From assembly GCA_964291405.2 (NCBI GenBank), contig OZ219926.1, positions 1,600,001-1,664,000 of the forward strand: DNA of 64,000 nucleotides, given 5' to 3'. The position numbers and the translations under genes are program-made. The stretch is from Thermodesulfobacteriota bacterium (GTDB taxonomy: Bacteria > Desulfobacterota > Binatia > Bin18). Below, in pieces: positions 18,443-28,165 of this stretch (positions within the stretch are counted from its first letter, which is position 1; each line of letters opens with the position of its first letter). The notes under the pieces are model-generated. The model saw only the letters and a list, made by a program, of their open reading frames with translations, was not told the DNA's origin and did no database searches.

Positions 18443-19249
18443 ATGGCAACTGCTCACCGGTTCCTCCGACTCTTCCTGCACGTTTCAGCCCTCGTGCTCC
18501 TGCTGACGGCCTCGCCGGCGGCGGCCCTTGTCGAGTGGAGCACGACGGAGATGCATTTTCAGTATGGACATCTCGAAAACCCGTTCTCGGACGCCAACCA
18601 GGATACCTTCATCCTGACTGTGCAGAACGCCCTGGGCTGGAAGTACGGCGAGAGCTTCTTCTTTGCCGACTTCATCGAGGACGTGGAGCACGACGGCTTC
18701 AACCATACTGAAATCTACGGTGAATGGTATCTGTCCCTGAGCCTGGGCAGGATTCTGAAGAAGGATTTGAAGGTCGGACCGATCAAGGATTTCTCTCTGA
18801 TCGGTGGAGTCAACGGCAGCGTAGACGCCAAGGTCATCAAGTTCCTGCCCGGCCTGCGCGCGTCCTGGGATCTGCCCGGCTTCGCCTTTCTGAATACCGA
18901 CCTGACCGCTTACATCGATGCCAGCCGAGGAGTCTCGAACGGGGGTGCTCCAAAAGAGTCGGACAGCTTTATGCTCGACATCAACTGGGCCTATCCCTTC
19001 AATATCGGCAAGCTGTCCTTCTCCATCGAAGGCCATGCCGAGTACATCCATTGCCGGACCAACGAGTTCGGCGGTCGGGTCAGAAGCTGGTTTTATACCC
19101 AGCCGCAGTTCCGCCTGGACCTGGGCAAGCTGTTAAGGGAAGAGGCAAATCGGCTTTTTATCGGCATGGAATACCAATTCTGGCACCATAAACTGGGGAC
19201 CAAGAACGACGAAAGCGTACCGCAGTTTCTGCTGGCCTGGCGCTTCTGA
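18443..19249 (+). CDS. Tsx-like outer membrane channel protein
   Basis: Signal peptide; GWKYGESFFFAD, YGEW, EYQFWHHKLG; terminal WRF. Confidence 0.8.
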   Translation: MATAHRFLRLFLHVSALVLLLTASPAAALVEWSTTEMHFQYGHLENPFSDANQDTFILTVQNALGWKYGESFFFADFIEDVEHDGFNHTEIYGEWYLSLSLGRILKKDLKVGPIKDFSLIGGVNGSVDAKVIKFLPGLRASWDLPGFAFLNTDLTAYIDASRGVSNGGAPKESDSFMLDINWAYPFNIGKLSFSIEGHAEYIHCRTNEFGGRVRSWFYTQPQFRLDLGKLLREEANRLFIGMEYQFWHHKLGTKNDESVPQFLLAWRF

Positions 19250-19256
19250 GGAAGCG

Positions 19257-20222
19257 CTAGGGTCCAACGGCTACGCCCCAGGGGATCTTCCCGACCGCAA
19301 TCGTCTTGAGCAGCGTATCGGTAGTGGTATCGATCACCGCTACGCCGTCGGATCGGCCCATGGTGGCGTAGAGTTTTTTGCCGTCCGGGGTCAGGGCCGA
19401 CCACCAGCAGCGCTTGCCGCCCAGGGCGATGGTCTTGGTCACGGTGTTGGTAGCCGGGTCGATCACGCGCACATCGTTGGCCCGGCCGTGGACGACGTAG
19501 ACCTTTGAGCCATCGGGCAGCACCGAGATACCGACCGGACGTTCGCCCATACTGAGCGTCTCGGTCACGGCCAGTTGTTCGACATCGACCACCGAGACGG
19601 TATGCGTCCGCTCATTACTCACATAGGCGGTTTTCCCGTCCGGCATAAAGGCCACACCGCGCGGATTCTCGCCAACCTTGATCGAACTGAGGACTTTATA
19701 GGTCTGAGTGTCAACGACTGTCACGTCGTGCGAAGTCTCGTTCGGCACAAAGGCCAGCTTGCCATCGGGCGAGATCACTACGGTCTCCGGCTCTATACCG
19801 GCCTGAATCGTGGCAACGATCTCCTTGCTTGCCAGGTCGACGACGCGCATCACACCTTCGTTCTCATTCACGACAAACAGCAGTTTTTCGTCGTTGCTGA
19901 GGTCGATTCCCTCGGGATCAATGCCGACCGGAAAGGTCTCCACAACCGTATTGGTTGCCGCATCAATGACCGAAATGTCATTAGAGTTGCCATTGGCGGC
20001 ATACACCCGCGAGCCGTCAGCCGAGACCAGCACTCCGCGCGGGCGGTCGCCGACCGGGACTTTGGCTACGACCTCGTCCGTTTGGGTGTCAATCACCCAC
20101 ACGTCGTTCGACTCCTCGTGCGTGACATAGGCGAACGGCTGGGCGAAGGCCGGAACAGAAAAAACCACAAAGCACAGGATCACATACGCATAGACACTCA
20201 TAAGACAGTGACGGGATTTCAT
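19257..20222 (-). CDS. YVTN-type beta-propeller protein, PQQ-dehydrogenase-associated
   Basis: Signal peptide; seven repeats of the type AYVTHE-SNDVWVID-VG-P-G. Confidence 0.85.
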   Translation of the reverse strand: MKSRHCLMSVYAYVILCFVVFSVPAFAQPFAYVTHEESNDVWVIDTQTDEVVAKVPVGDRPRGVLVSADGSRVYAANGNSNDISVIDAATNTVVETFPVGIDPEGIDLSNDEKLLFVVNENEGVMRVVDLASKEIVATIQAGIEPETVVISPDGKLAFVPNETSHDVTVVDTQTYKVLSSIKVGENPRGVAFMPDGKTAYVSNERTHTVSVVDVEQLAVTETLSMGERPVGISVLPDGSKVYVVHGRANDVRVIDPATNTVTKTIALGGKRCWWSALTPDGKKLYATMGRSDGVAVIDTTTDTLLKTIAVGKIPWGVAVGP

Positions 20223-20231
20223 AACAGCTCC

Positions 20232-20657
20232 TTACTGATGAGCGGACATTGCCGCGTCCGGCGCGGCGCCAGCGGCCGCTGCGTCTGCGCTCGATTCACA
20301 TTTTGAGGCGGCCCGCACATAGGCTAAAATCTGCCAGATCATATCATCAGGCAGTTGTCCGGCAAAACCGACCATCTCCGTCTTGGGGACACCGTCGCTA
20401 ACGACCTTGAACATTTCCGCGTCCGTTCCTGAACCATTTACCCAATCGCAGTCGAACAGATTCGGGCATTTGCCGTCCCGGTCAGCCTCCGCTTGCACAT
20501 GGCAGTAGCCGGAACATACGGCCTGGAAGAGGAATCCACCTTCCTCAATCGCCGCAGCATCACCGGCAACAGGGTTTGTCATTTCCTCGTCAGCCAGCCC
20601 ACTCGTCGGGATACACATCAGCAGACCGACCAACAGCACACCATACACTCGTCTCAT
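20232..20657 (-). CDS. Periplasmic c-type cytochrome (PQQ-dehydrogenase electron acceptor-like)
   Basis: RBS AGGAGG; signal peptide; CSGYCH; GKCPNL; MVGF; WQILAYVR. Confidence 0.8.
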   Translation of the reverse strand: MRRVYGVLLVGLLMCIPTSGLADEEMTNPVAGDAAAIEEGGFLFQAVCSGYCHVQAEADRDGKCPNLFDCDWVNGSGTDAEMFKVVSDGVPKTEMVGFAGQLPDDMIWQILAYVRAASKCESSADAAAAGAAPDAAMSAHQ

Positions 20658-20727
20658 GGACCTCCTCATTTCTGTACGGCAAAGAGTGAACGTGCCCTTC
20701 ACATCTCCAAAGCAAGGCTGGGCGCGT

Positions 20728-21633
20728 TTACTCTTTTGCTCGGGAGAGTCGAAACATCTCCATGACGTCATAGGTTTTCTCAAAGGGAGGATAAAACGGC
20801 ACGCCATACCGCTGCGCGATGGCCTTGAGCTCTCCGCTCCTTCTCAGCGTTGTCAGGGCCGCATCTAGTGCCGTGCGGAGCGCCTGGTCTTCTTCGCGCG
20901 TGGCAACATGCTCGTTCCAGCGCGCCACCGAGATCGGCTCGGCTGTGGCAAACGTCAGCTTCGTCCCAGGCTCCTGCTTTGCATACCAGCCCGCGGTCGG
21001 ACCCCAGACAAAGGCTAACTCTGCGTCTCCCGTTGCCACGGCAGCCAGCGATTCCTCGGTTGAGAAAAACGTCTGCATCGAAATTTTAAGAGACTCCAGA
21101 ATAAAGCTGGCAATCGTTTGGGCTTGGACCGCAACGACCTGGTGCTCAATATCGTGCAAGGACGCCGGCGTCTGCCCCTCGCGTCCCAGGAGCTCGAAAG
21201 CCGCCCCATAGTAAGCGTTGCCGACAGTCACGTTGCTGGCCTCGCGCACGGCATCTCGACCGGGCACGCTCAAGATAGCGTCACATTCGTTTCGTGATAG
21301 TCGACGAAGCGGAAAGTCACTCTCATCAACCTCGGTTATCCGCTCGTCATTTCTGACCCAGACAGGGACAAGTGTCCGTCCCATGGTCTTGGCGACAGCC
21401 CGCGCCACATCGACGTCGAACCCACGCTCGTCATGCTGAGAAGAGAATGGCAGATTATTCCCCAGAAAGCAGACCCGGAGTTGCGCTCCCTCCGCCGCGA
21501 AGAGCGGCCCCGACAAGGCCAGACAGAAGAGGTAACTGAGCGCGGGAACAACCGCGCTTCTCCTCCGTTTTCTCCACGCAGCCGCTCCAGTGGAGACCCA
21601 AGCGCTCAGCATCATACAGTACAGCAGCCTCAC
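20728..21633 (-). CDS. MxaJ/XoxJ-like periplasmic binding protein
   Basis: LRVC...NNLPFS...GFD, AFVWGP, RYGVP; lies between the dehydrogenase and the cytochrome. Confidence 0.8.
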   Translation of the reverse strand: MRLLYCMMLSAWVSTGAAAWRKRRRSAVVPALSYLFCLALSGPLFAAEGAQLRVCFLGNNLPFSSQHDERGFDVDVARAVAKTMGRTLVPVWVRNDERITEVDESDFPLRRLSRNECDAILSVPGRDAVREASNVTVGNAYYGAAFELLGREGQTPASLHDIEHQVVAVQAQTIASFILESLKISMQTFFSTEESLAAVATGDAELAFVWGPTAGWYAKQEPGTKLTFATAEPISVARWNEHVATREEDQALRTALDAALTTLRRSGELKAIAQRYGVPFYPPFEKTYDVMEMFRLSRAKE

Positions 21634-21653
21634 TCTTCGTCTACTCCGCGAAT

Positions 21654-23447
21654 TTATTCCGGCAGGGCAAATACGAGCAACGCGCTGCCCTTACTCGTCA
21701 GCGGTGGCTCGCCAGCCAGGGTGACGGCCAAACCTCCGCCACCGCTGGGGATGGCCACATACTGCCGCCCTCCGGCCTTATAGGTGATGGGCTGAGCGCG
21801 CATGGATGAGCCGGTCTGAAATTGCCATAACAGCTCGCCGGTCGCGTCATCAAAGGCCAAGGCTAAGCCCTCAAGGTTACCGGAAAACACCAGACCACCA
21901 GCAGTCGCAAGGGCACCGCCCATCATGGGATATTCGTCCTGATAGCGCCATTTGATCTCGCCGGTGGAGGGGTCTATGGCAGACAGATGGCCATAGGATG
22001 AGCCGTCATCGCCCTGGGTTTTTCCCGGTCCGCCACCCCAGAATGGGATGCCCTTGATAAAGATGGACGCTGACTTCTTCATCTGCCAGCAGCTCTCCAC
22101 CACCGGTACATACATCAGCTTGGTCAACGGGCTATAGGCCGCGGTGTACGAGCCGTTTTTTCCACCAACGGAACCGGGGCAGATGAATTCCTTGCCTTCT
22201 GCAGTGGGAACGAACTGAGGATCGACAATCGGCCGGCCAGCCTCATCCAGCCCTTTTGACCAATTCAGCTTGTCGACATATTGGGTGCCGTGCAGATACT
22301 TGCCCGAGGTGCGGTCCAGGACATAGACGTAGCCGTTTCGGTTGGGCTGGGCCAGGGCTTTGACCGTCGCCCCACTACGTTCGACATTGACCAGGAACAG
22401 ATCGGTGTTGCCGTCATAGTCCCAGATATCATGAGGCGTGAACTGGAAATACCATTTGATCTCCCCCGTATCCGGGTCAAGGGCCAGTACGGAATCCGCG
22501 TAGAGGTTATCCCCTTTGCGGACATCGCCGTTCCAGTCCGGGGCGGTATTGCCCGTCGCCCAATACAGCAAATCCTCATCAGGGTCGTATGATCCCGTCA
22601 CCCAGGTTGGGGCACCGCCATGTTTCCAGGAGTCGCCGGCCCAGGTCTCGGAGCCCGGCTCACCGGCTTCCGGGATGGTATAGCGACGCCACTTCCGTTC
22701 GCCTGTGTTGATATCATAGGAATCAATATAGCCGCGGATACCATATTCGCCCCCGGCGATGCCGACAATCAGGTTATCCCGGACGACCAGGGGGGCAACG
22801 GTCGCACTGAATCCGTCGCTATGACGGTCCATCTCAGTGTTCCAGACAACGGCCCCGGTTTTGCGATTCAGAGCAACCACATGGGCATCGAGCGTTGCCA
22901 TAAAGATCAGATCTCCGGCAACGGCCGCCCCTTTATTCGACGGCCCGCAGCACACGCGCATGTCGTCCGGTAGCTCGTGCTCATAGCGCCACAGCAACTC
23001 ACCCGTAACCGCATCCAGGGCAAAGAGATGGTTGTATGCAGCAGTCAGATAGATGATCCCATCGGCAACAATAGGCGAGGCCTGCATTTGGGACGGGATA
23101 CCGGTCTGGAACATCCAGGCCGCCTTCAGGTTTTTGACATTATCCCGGTTAATGTCCTTGAGTGGGCTGAACCGCCAACCAGCGTAATTGCCACCGTACA
23201 TCAGCCAATAGTTTGGGTCGTCCGTCCCCTGGAGCAGGTGGTCCTGAGTGATGGATTGAAAAGTATATCCCTCGAGGCCGCCGTTCGAGGCTGGACTGGC
23301 TGCGGCGGAGGCGGCCGCCGGCTGATTCTTGGCGGGTTCGGGTTGAGTATCCGCACGCCCGCCAACCGCCTGAGCGTGGTGGGGGACGCCGAGCAGCGTC
23401 AGACAACACATCCCTATGAGCATTCCCTGCAACCAATATGTGTGCAT
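21654..23447 (-). CDS. PQQ-dependent dehydrogenase, methanol/ethanol family (type I, no fused heme)
   Basis: RBS AGGAGG; signal peptide; RFSPL, vicinal CC, GGEYG, QFTPHDIWDYDG, RNGY, tryptophan-docking repeats. Confidence 0.93.
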   Translation of the reverse strand: MHTYWLQGMLIGMCCLTLLGVPHHAQAVGGRADTQPEPAKNQPAAASAAASPASNGGLEGYTFQSITQDHLLQGTDDPNYWLMYGGNYAGWRFSPLKDINRDNVKNLKAAWMFQTGIPSQMQASPIVADGIIYLTAAYNHLFALDAVTGELLWRYEHELPDDMRVCCGPSNKGAAVAGDLIFMATLDAHVVALNRKTGAVVWNTEMDRHSDGFSATVAPLVVRDNLIVGIAGGEYGIRGYIDSYDINTGERKWRRYTIPEAGEPGSETWAGDSWKHGGAPTWVTGSYDPDEDLLYWATGNTAPDWNGDVRKGDNLYADSVLALDPDTGEIKWYFQFTPHDIWDYDGNTDLFLVNVERSGATVKALAQPNRNGYVYVLDRTSGKYLHGTQYVDKLNWSKGLDEAGRPIVDPQFVPTAEGKEFICPGSVGGKNGSYTAAYSPLTKLMYVPVVESCWQMKKSASIFIKGIPFWGGGPGKTQGDDGSSYGHLSAIDPSTGEIKWRYQDEYPMMGGALATAGGLVFSGNLEGLALAFDDATGELLWQFQTGSSMRAQPITYKAGGRQYVAIPSGGGGLAVTLAGEPPLTSKGSALLVFALPE

Positions 23448-23710
23448 ATACTTCCCTCCTTTACGTGTGAAATTCCACGTAAACCCTCGGTATAGCGCGG
23501 TCGAAAAGTACTTGCTTTTCAGTATCCGGTCAAGGAAGGCAACAAGAGGAACGATGGCCCTGTTTTGATCCAGAATACGCTGAGTGCAGGCTGCGGTACT
23601 CCTCTCATACGAACACCAGCAGCTCTGAAAAGCCCTCCGTCTTGTCTGTCCCAAAACTCTGCTATACACCCCCCAATAAGGCCAGAGAGAGGGAGCAATA
23701 GAGGACCATC

Positions 23711-24541
23711 ATGAAGTACTATCCACACATCGACTGTGCCAGAGCCATTCTCCTATTGCATTCGATTCTTCTTTTTAGCGCATGTGGCGGACAGGACAAT
23801 AACGGTCAGACAGCCCCGCAGGCTCCAGCCAGACAGGAGACATCAGAGCAGAAGGCCGACCCACCTCCGACCGAACCACCTGCTCCGGCGCCGGCAGACT
23901 CGGACGCACGAGGCACTCTTGTCGGACGCGTGGTGCTTGACGGGGATATGCCACAGCCACAGGCGCTGACGGTCAGTAAGGATGTTGAAGTGTGTGGGAA
24001 GACAGAAAAATTTCCCGAAGCGCTGCTCGTCGGTCCGGACAGGGGCATCAAAAACGCGGTTGTCTTCCTCCGGGCGGTTGCCAGTGGAATCTCTCTCTCA
24101 CGACCCGAGTCGAATCCAACGATTGACCAGCGTGACTGTGTCTACGCTCCCCACGTCCTGCTTGTTCCGGCCGGGGCCACGGTTGATATCAAAAACAGTG
24201 ACGGCATCCTGCACAATATTCACACCTATAGCGAGAAAAATCCGGCTTTTAATACGGCCCAGCCGAAGTTCAAAACCGTCGTCTCGAAAACCTTTACCCA
24301 GCCGGAGATGATTCGCGTGACCTGTGATGTACACGACTGGATGACCGCCTGGATCGTCGTGCAAGATCACCCCTATTACGCCCTCACCAACGCAACTGGG
24401 GCCTTTCGGCTCAGCGATGTTCCCGCAGGCGAGTACGAACTGAAGGTCTGGCATGAGGAACTCGGAGAGCACTCTCGTTCGGTATCAGTCACGGCGAATC
24501 AAGAGTCCTCTGTGGAAATCACGCTCGCCCATGCTGGCTGA
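23711..24541 (+). CDS. Lipoprotein with carboxypeptidase-regulatory-like / cupredoxin-like domain
   Basis: Lipobox FSAC; DQRDCVYAPHV, NSDGILHNIH, CDVHDWM, WHE. Confidence 0.75.
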   Translation: MKYYPHIDCARAILLLHSILLFSACGGQDNNGQTAPQAPARQETSEQKADPPPTEPPAPAPADSDARGTLVGRVVLDGDMPQPQALTVSKDVEVCGKTEKFPEALLVGPDRGIKNAVVFLRAVASGISLSRPESNPTIDQRDCVYAPHVLLVPAGATVDIKNSDGILHNIHTYSEKNPAFNTAQPKFKTVVSKTFTQPEMIRVTCDVHDWMTAWIVVQDHPYYALTNATGAFRLSDVPAGEYELKVWHEELGEHSRSVSVTANQESSVEITLAHAG

Positions 24542-24611
24542 ACAGAAACAGATAAGATATGGAGAATACCCTCGCGTCGCACGGGGAGAAGGCGCTGCGA
24601 GATAGGGTTCT

Positions 24612-25202
24612 ATGCAGTTTCCTATACATTCGCTGTCGGTTTTTCGGATCGTCCTGCTTATTGTAGTATTCCTCGCCGGGCTGTCGGCAGTGCAGTATCG
24701 CCCCGATGTGAGCGGTCGGGTGTGGCGAGCCGGCAAAGCAGCGTGGTGGGATTACAAACTGCTCGACCTGGGGCTGACGGGTTGGGGACGATCTCCCAAA
24801 CAGCCGATTGCCTTCAGTCATGCACTCCACGCCGGTGAATATGGCCTGGACTGCCTGTACTGCCACAGTGCGGCGCGCGTCTCACCAGTGGCCCACGTCC
24901 CGCCGGTCCAGACGTGTATGGGCTGCCACGCCAGGCCAACACCGAATCCGGAAATCAAGAAAATCCAGACTTACTGGAAAGACCAAGAGCCGATTCCGTG
25001 GGTTCGTGTGCACGCCCTGCCCGCTTTCACCCGCTTTAATCACAAGCGCCATGTCCGGGCCGGGGTCGCCTGCCAGTCCTGTCACGGTGAGGTCCAACGC
25101 ATGCAACGCGTGGAACAGGTGTCTTCGCTCAAGATGGGCTGGTGCGTGAGCTGTCATGATGCCCATCAAGCGAGTAAAGACTGCCTGGTGTGTCACTATT
25201 GA
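24612..25202 (+). CDS. actA: Alternative complex III pentaheme cytochrome c subunit
   Basis: N-terminal TM helix; QPIAFSHALHAG; five CxxCH motifs (CLYCH, CMGCH, CQSCH, CVSCH, CLVCH). Confidence 0.88.
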   Translation: MQFPIHSLSVFRIVLLIVVFLAGLSAVQYRPDVSGRVWRAGKAAWWDYKLLDLGLTGWGRSPKQPIAFSHALHAGEYGLDCLYCHSAARVSPVAHVPPVQTCMGCHARPTPNPEIKKIQTYWKDQEPIPWVRVHALPAFTRFNHKRHVRAGVACQSCHGEVQRMQRVEQVSSLKMGWCVSCHDAHQASKDCLVCHY

Positions 25203-25218
25203 GGTGGAAGAACTGAAC

Positions 25219-28146
25219 ATGGCAAACGGACTCGACAGAAGAAATTTTCTAAAACTGCTTGGGGCGAGTGCAGCCGCACCAGTCGTCGGTTGTGCCTCAA
25301 AGCCGGTGGAAACCATTATTCCCTATGTGGTTCAGCCCGAGGAGATCACGCCAGGGGTGGCCACATACTACGCTACCGTCTGCCAGGAATGCCCGGCCGG
25401 CTGTGGCATGGTCGTGCGGACCAGAGAGGGGCGGGCCGTCAAAGTCGAAGGCAATCCCTCCCACCCGGTCAATCAGGGGACGTTGTGCGCACGCGGACAG
25501 GCGTCCTTGCAGGGACTGTACAATCCGGATCGTATCCGCCAGCCGCTGTATCGTAATGAAGCCGGAGAACTCACCCCTCTATCGTGGTCGGAGGCGGAGG
25601 CCCTGCTGGCCGGACGCCTGCAAAAAATCCGGGCGGAGGGCCAGGCGGACAAGATTACGTTTCTCGCCGGCCAGCTCCCGGACAGTGTGTATCGGTTGGC
25701 CACGCAGTGGCTTGAGACCCTGGGCTCAAATCGCCTGGTGACCTATGAACCGTTTGGTTTCGAGGCGTTGAGACAGGCGAATCGAGTCTGCTTTCAGCAG
25801 GCTTCGATTCCAACCCATGATCTGACCAAGGCCCGATTTCTCATTGGCCTGGGGGCTGATTTTCTGGAGACGTGGCGTTCCCCGACGTACTATGCCAGGG
25901 CATTTAGCCAGATGCGGAGTCCAACGGCGGCGGGGAAATTCGTCCAGGTCGAATCCCGCATGTCGCTCACCGGAGCGAATGCGGACGAATGGATTGCGAT
26001 CAAGCCGGGTCGGGAAGCCTTTTTCGCGCTGGGGCTGGCGCATCTGATTCTCCCGGACAGTGCAGTTCCTGCTGAAGAAAAGACGCGGCTCAGCCAACTG
26101 CTGGAGCCCTATTCGCCGGACCAGGTTGCTTCGGTGACGGAGGTGCCGGTCGAGACGATCAAACGACTGGCCCAGGGATTTGTCAGCCACGGGCCGAGCC
26201 TGGCCCTCGGAGGTGGTATAGCTACAAGTTCCCGGCAGGAGACGGCCAGCCTGATTGCGGTCAATCTGCTGAATTATATCGCAGGCAATATCGGCGAGAC
26301 CGTCCATTTTCATGAAGTCCAAGAGCGGCCGCAGGCCAGCTCGTATGCAGCGCTGTTATCCCTGATTGACGAGATACGGCGCGGCGCAGTACCTCTCCTC
26401 CTACTTGCTAACACCAATCCTGCCTTTAGCTTACCCCCATCTTTGGGTCTTGCTGAGGCGCTCACCCACGTACCTTTTGTAGTTAGCTTTTCGTCCTTCC
26501 CGGATGAAACAACCGAACAGGCAGACCTGATTTTACCCGATCATACGCCCCTGGAGAGCTGGGGAGACTCCCATCCCGAGGCTGGCGTGTATGGTCTGAT
26601 GCAGCCCGTCATGCCACCCGTGTTTGAGACCCAAGCGCTGGGCGAGACCTTATTGTCTGTCGCCACACAGGTTGACGAGGCGCTCTCGGAATCGTTGTCC
26701 TGGAAGAACTTTTTCGAGTATTTGCAGGCGTTGTGGAAAGAACGGCACGGCGAGAGTGGTGAGCCGGGCGACTTTGACGCCTTCTGGCGTCACGCCCTGC
26801 AACAAGGTGGGGTATGGCAGGCCAGAGAGCCGCTCCCGGTTCAGCTCTCCTCAGCTGTCTTTGAGGTAAGCTTTTCCGAGCCGACCTTTGACCGGGCAGG
26901 CGAAGACGCACTGACGTTCATTGCCTACCCCTCGTCACGCTATTACGACGGCCGCGGCGCCAACAAGCCCTGGCTGCAAGAGCTGCCCGACCCCATCACG
27001 CAGGCGGTCTGGGATTCCTGGCTTGAGATTCACCCCGAGACCGCCGAACGCCTGGGGATCGCGGAGGGCGACCTGCTGACGATCACCTCCCCACATGGGA
27101 CTATCGAGGCGAGCGCCTATTTCTACGCTGGGCTGCGGCGTGATGCGGTGGCTATGCCGATCGGCCTGGGCCATAGCGGTTATGGTCGTTACGCCCAGGG
27201 ACGCGGCTCCAACCCGGTCCAGTTGCTTTCGGCCCAACCCGAAACGGCCTCGGGCGGTTTCCCCTGGCTTTCGACCACAGTCCGACTCACTCGAACCGGC
27301 AAACGGACGCCGCTGGTCACAACGGACGGCAGTCGCCAGCAGCTCGACCGCGGTATCGCCCAAGCGGTGACGGCAGGACAGCACAACGAACCGCACCACG
27401 CCGAGCACCCCGTCCGCGATATGTACCCGGAGGTGGAGTACGCCGAGTACCGCTGGGGCATGAGTATCGATCTGTCGGCCTGCATCGGCTGTGGGGCCTG
27501 CGTTACGGCCTGCTATGCGGAAAATAATATCCCAGTGGTGGGCGAGGACATGGTGTCACAGGGCCGGGAAATGTCCTGGCTGCGGATTGAGCGCTATTTC
27601 GAGGAGTCACAGCCAGGAGCGGACGCTCCCGAAGTCCGCTTTGCTCCTATGCTGTGTCAGCACTGCGGCAACGCGCCCTGCGAGCCGGTCTGCCCGGTGT
27701 ATGCCACCTATCACAACCCGGAGGGACTCAACGCCCAGATCTATAACCGTTGTGTCGGCACTCGATATTGCGCCAACAACTGTTCCTATAAGGTGCGACG
27801 TTTTAACTGGGGCGAGGCGGACTGGCCGGCACCGCTCAACCTTCAACTCAACCCGGATGTCACCATACGTGAATCGGGCGTCATGGAGAAATGCACCTTT
27901 TGTGTCCAGCGCATTCAGGAGGGCAAAGACCGCGCCAAAGACGAAGACCGTCCGGTGCGCGACGGCGAGGTCACGCCAGCCTGTGCCCAGACCTGCCCGA
28001 CACAGGCCCTGACGTTTGGCAATCTGCAAGACCCCACTAGCCGCGTTTCTCTGCAATCGCACGACCCCCGCGGGTATAAAGTCTTCGAGTCATTGAACAC
28101 CAGACCCGCGATTACCTATCTCAAAAAAGTCCGCCGCAATACGTAA
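25219..28146 (+). CDS. actB: Alternative complex III molybdopterin-oxidoreductase-like / Fe-S fusion subunit
   Basis: Tat motif DRRNFLK; ANKPWLQELPDP; CIGCGACVTAC, CQHCGNAPCEPVCP, CVGTRYCANNC, EKCTFC. Confidence 0.92.
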   Translation: MANGLDRRNFLKLLGASAAAPVVGCASKPVETIIPYVVQPEEITPGVATYYATVCQECPAGCGMVVRTREGRAVKVEGNPSHPVNQGTLCARGQASLQGLYNPDRIRQPLYRNEAGELTPLSWSEAEALLAGRLQKIRAEGQADKITFLAGQLPDSVYRLATQWLETLGSNRLVTYEPFGFEALRQANRVCFQQASIPTHDLTKARFLIGLGADFLETWRSPTYYARAFSQMRSPTAAGKFVQVESRMSLTGANADEWIAIKPGREAFFALGLAHLILPDSAVPAEEKTRLSQLLEPYSPDQVASVTEVPVETIKRLAQGFVSHGPSLALGGGIATSSRQETASLIAVNLLNYIAGNIGETVHFHEVQERPQASSYAALLSLIDEIRRGAVPLLLLANTNPAFSLPPSLGLAEALTHVPFVVSFSSFPDETTEQADLILPDHTPLESWGDSHPEAGVYGLMQPVMPPVFETQALGETLLSVATQVDEALSESLSWKNFFEYLQALWKERHGESGEPGDFDAFWRHALQQGGVWQAREPLPVQLSSAVFEVSFSEPTFDRAGEDALTFIAYPSSRYYDGRGANKPWLQELPDPITQAVWDSWLEIHPETAERLGIAEGDLLTITSPHGTIEASAYFYAGLRRDAVAMPIGLGHSGYGRYAQGRGSNPVQLLSAQPETASGGFPWLSTTVRLTRTGKRTPLVTTDGSRQQLDRGIAQAVTAGQHNEPHHAEHPVRDMYPEVEYAEYRWGMSIDLSACIGCGACVTACYAENNIPVVGEDMVSQGREMSWLRIERYFEESQPGADAPEVRFAPMLCQHCGNAPCEPVCPVYATYHNPEGLNAQIYNRCVGTRYCANNCSYKVRRFNWGEADWPAPLNLQLNPDVTIRESGVMEKCTFCVQRIQEGKDRAKDEDRPVRDGEVTPACAQTCPTQALTFGNLQDPTSRVSLQSHDPRGYKVFESLNTRPAITYLKKVRRNT

Positions 28147-28165
28147 CGACGCTGACTACAATTCC

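Noticed and set aside
21654-23447. Calling the PQQ enzyme xoxF methanol dehydrogenase
   Set aside because: It lacks the CCDxVNRG and GVNE signatures, so the substrate cannot be assigned.
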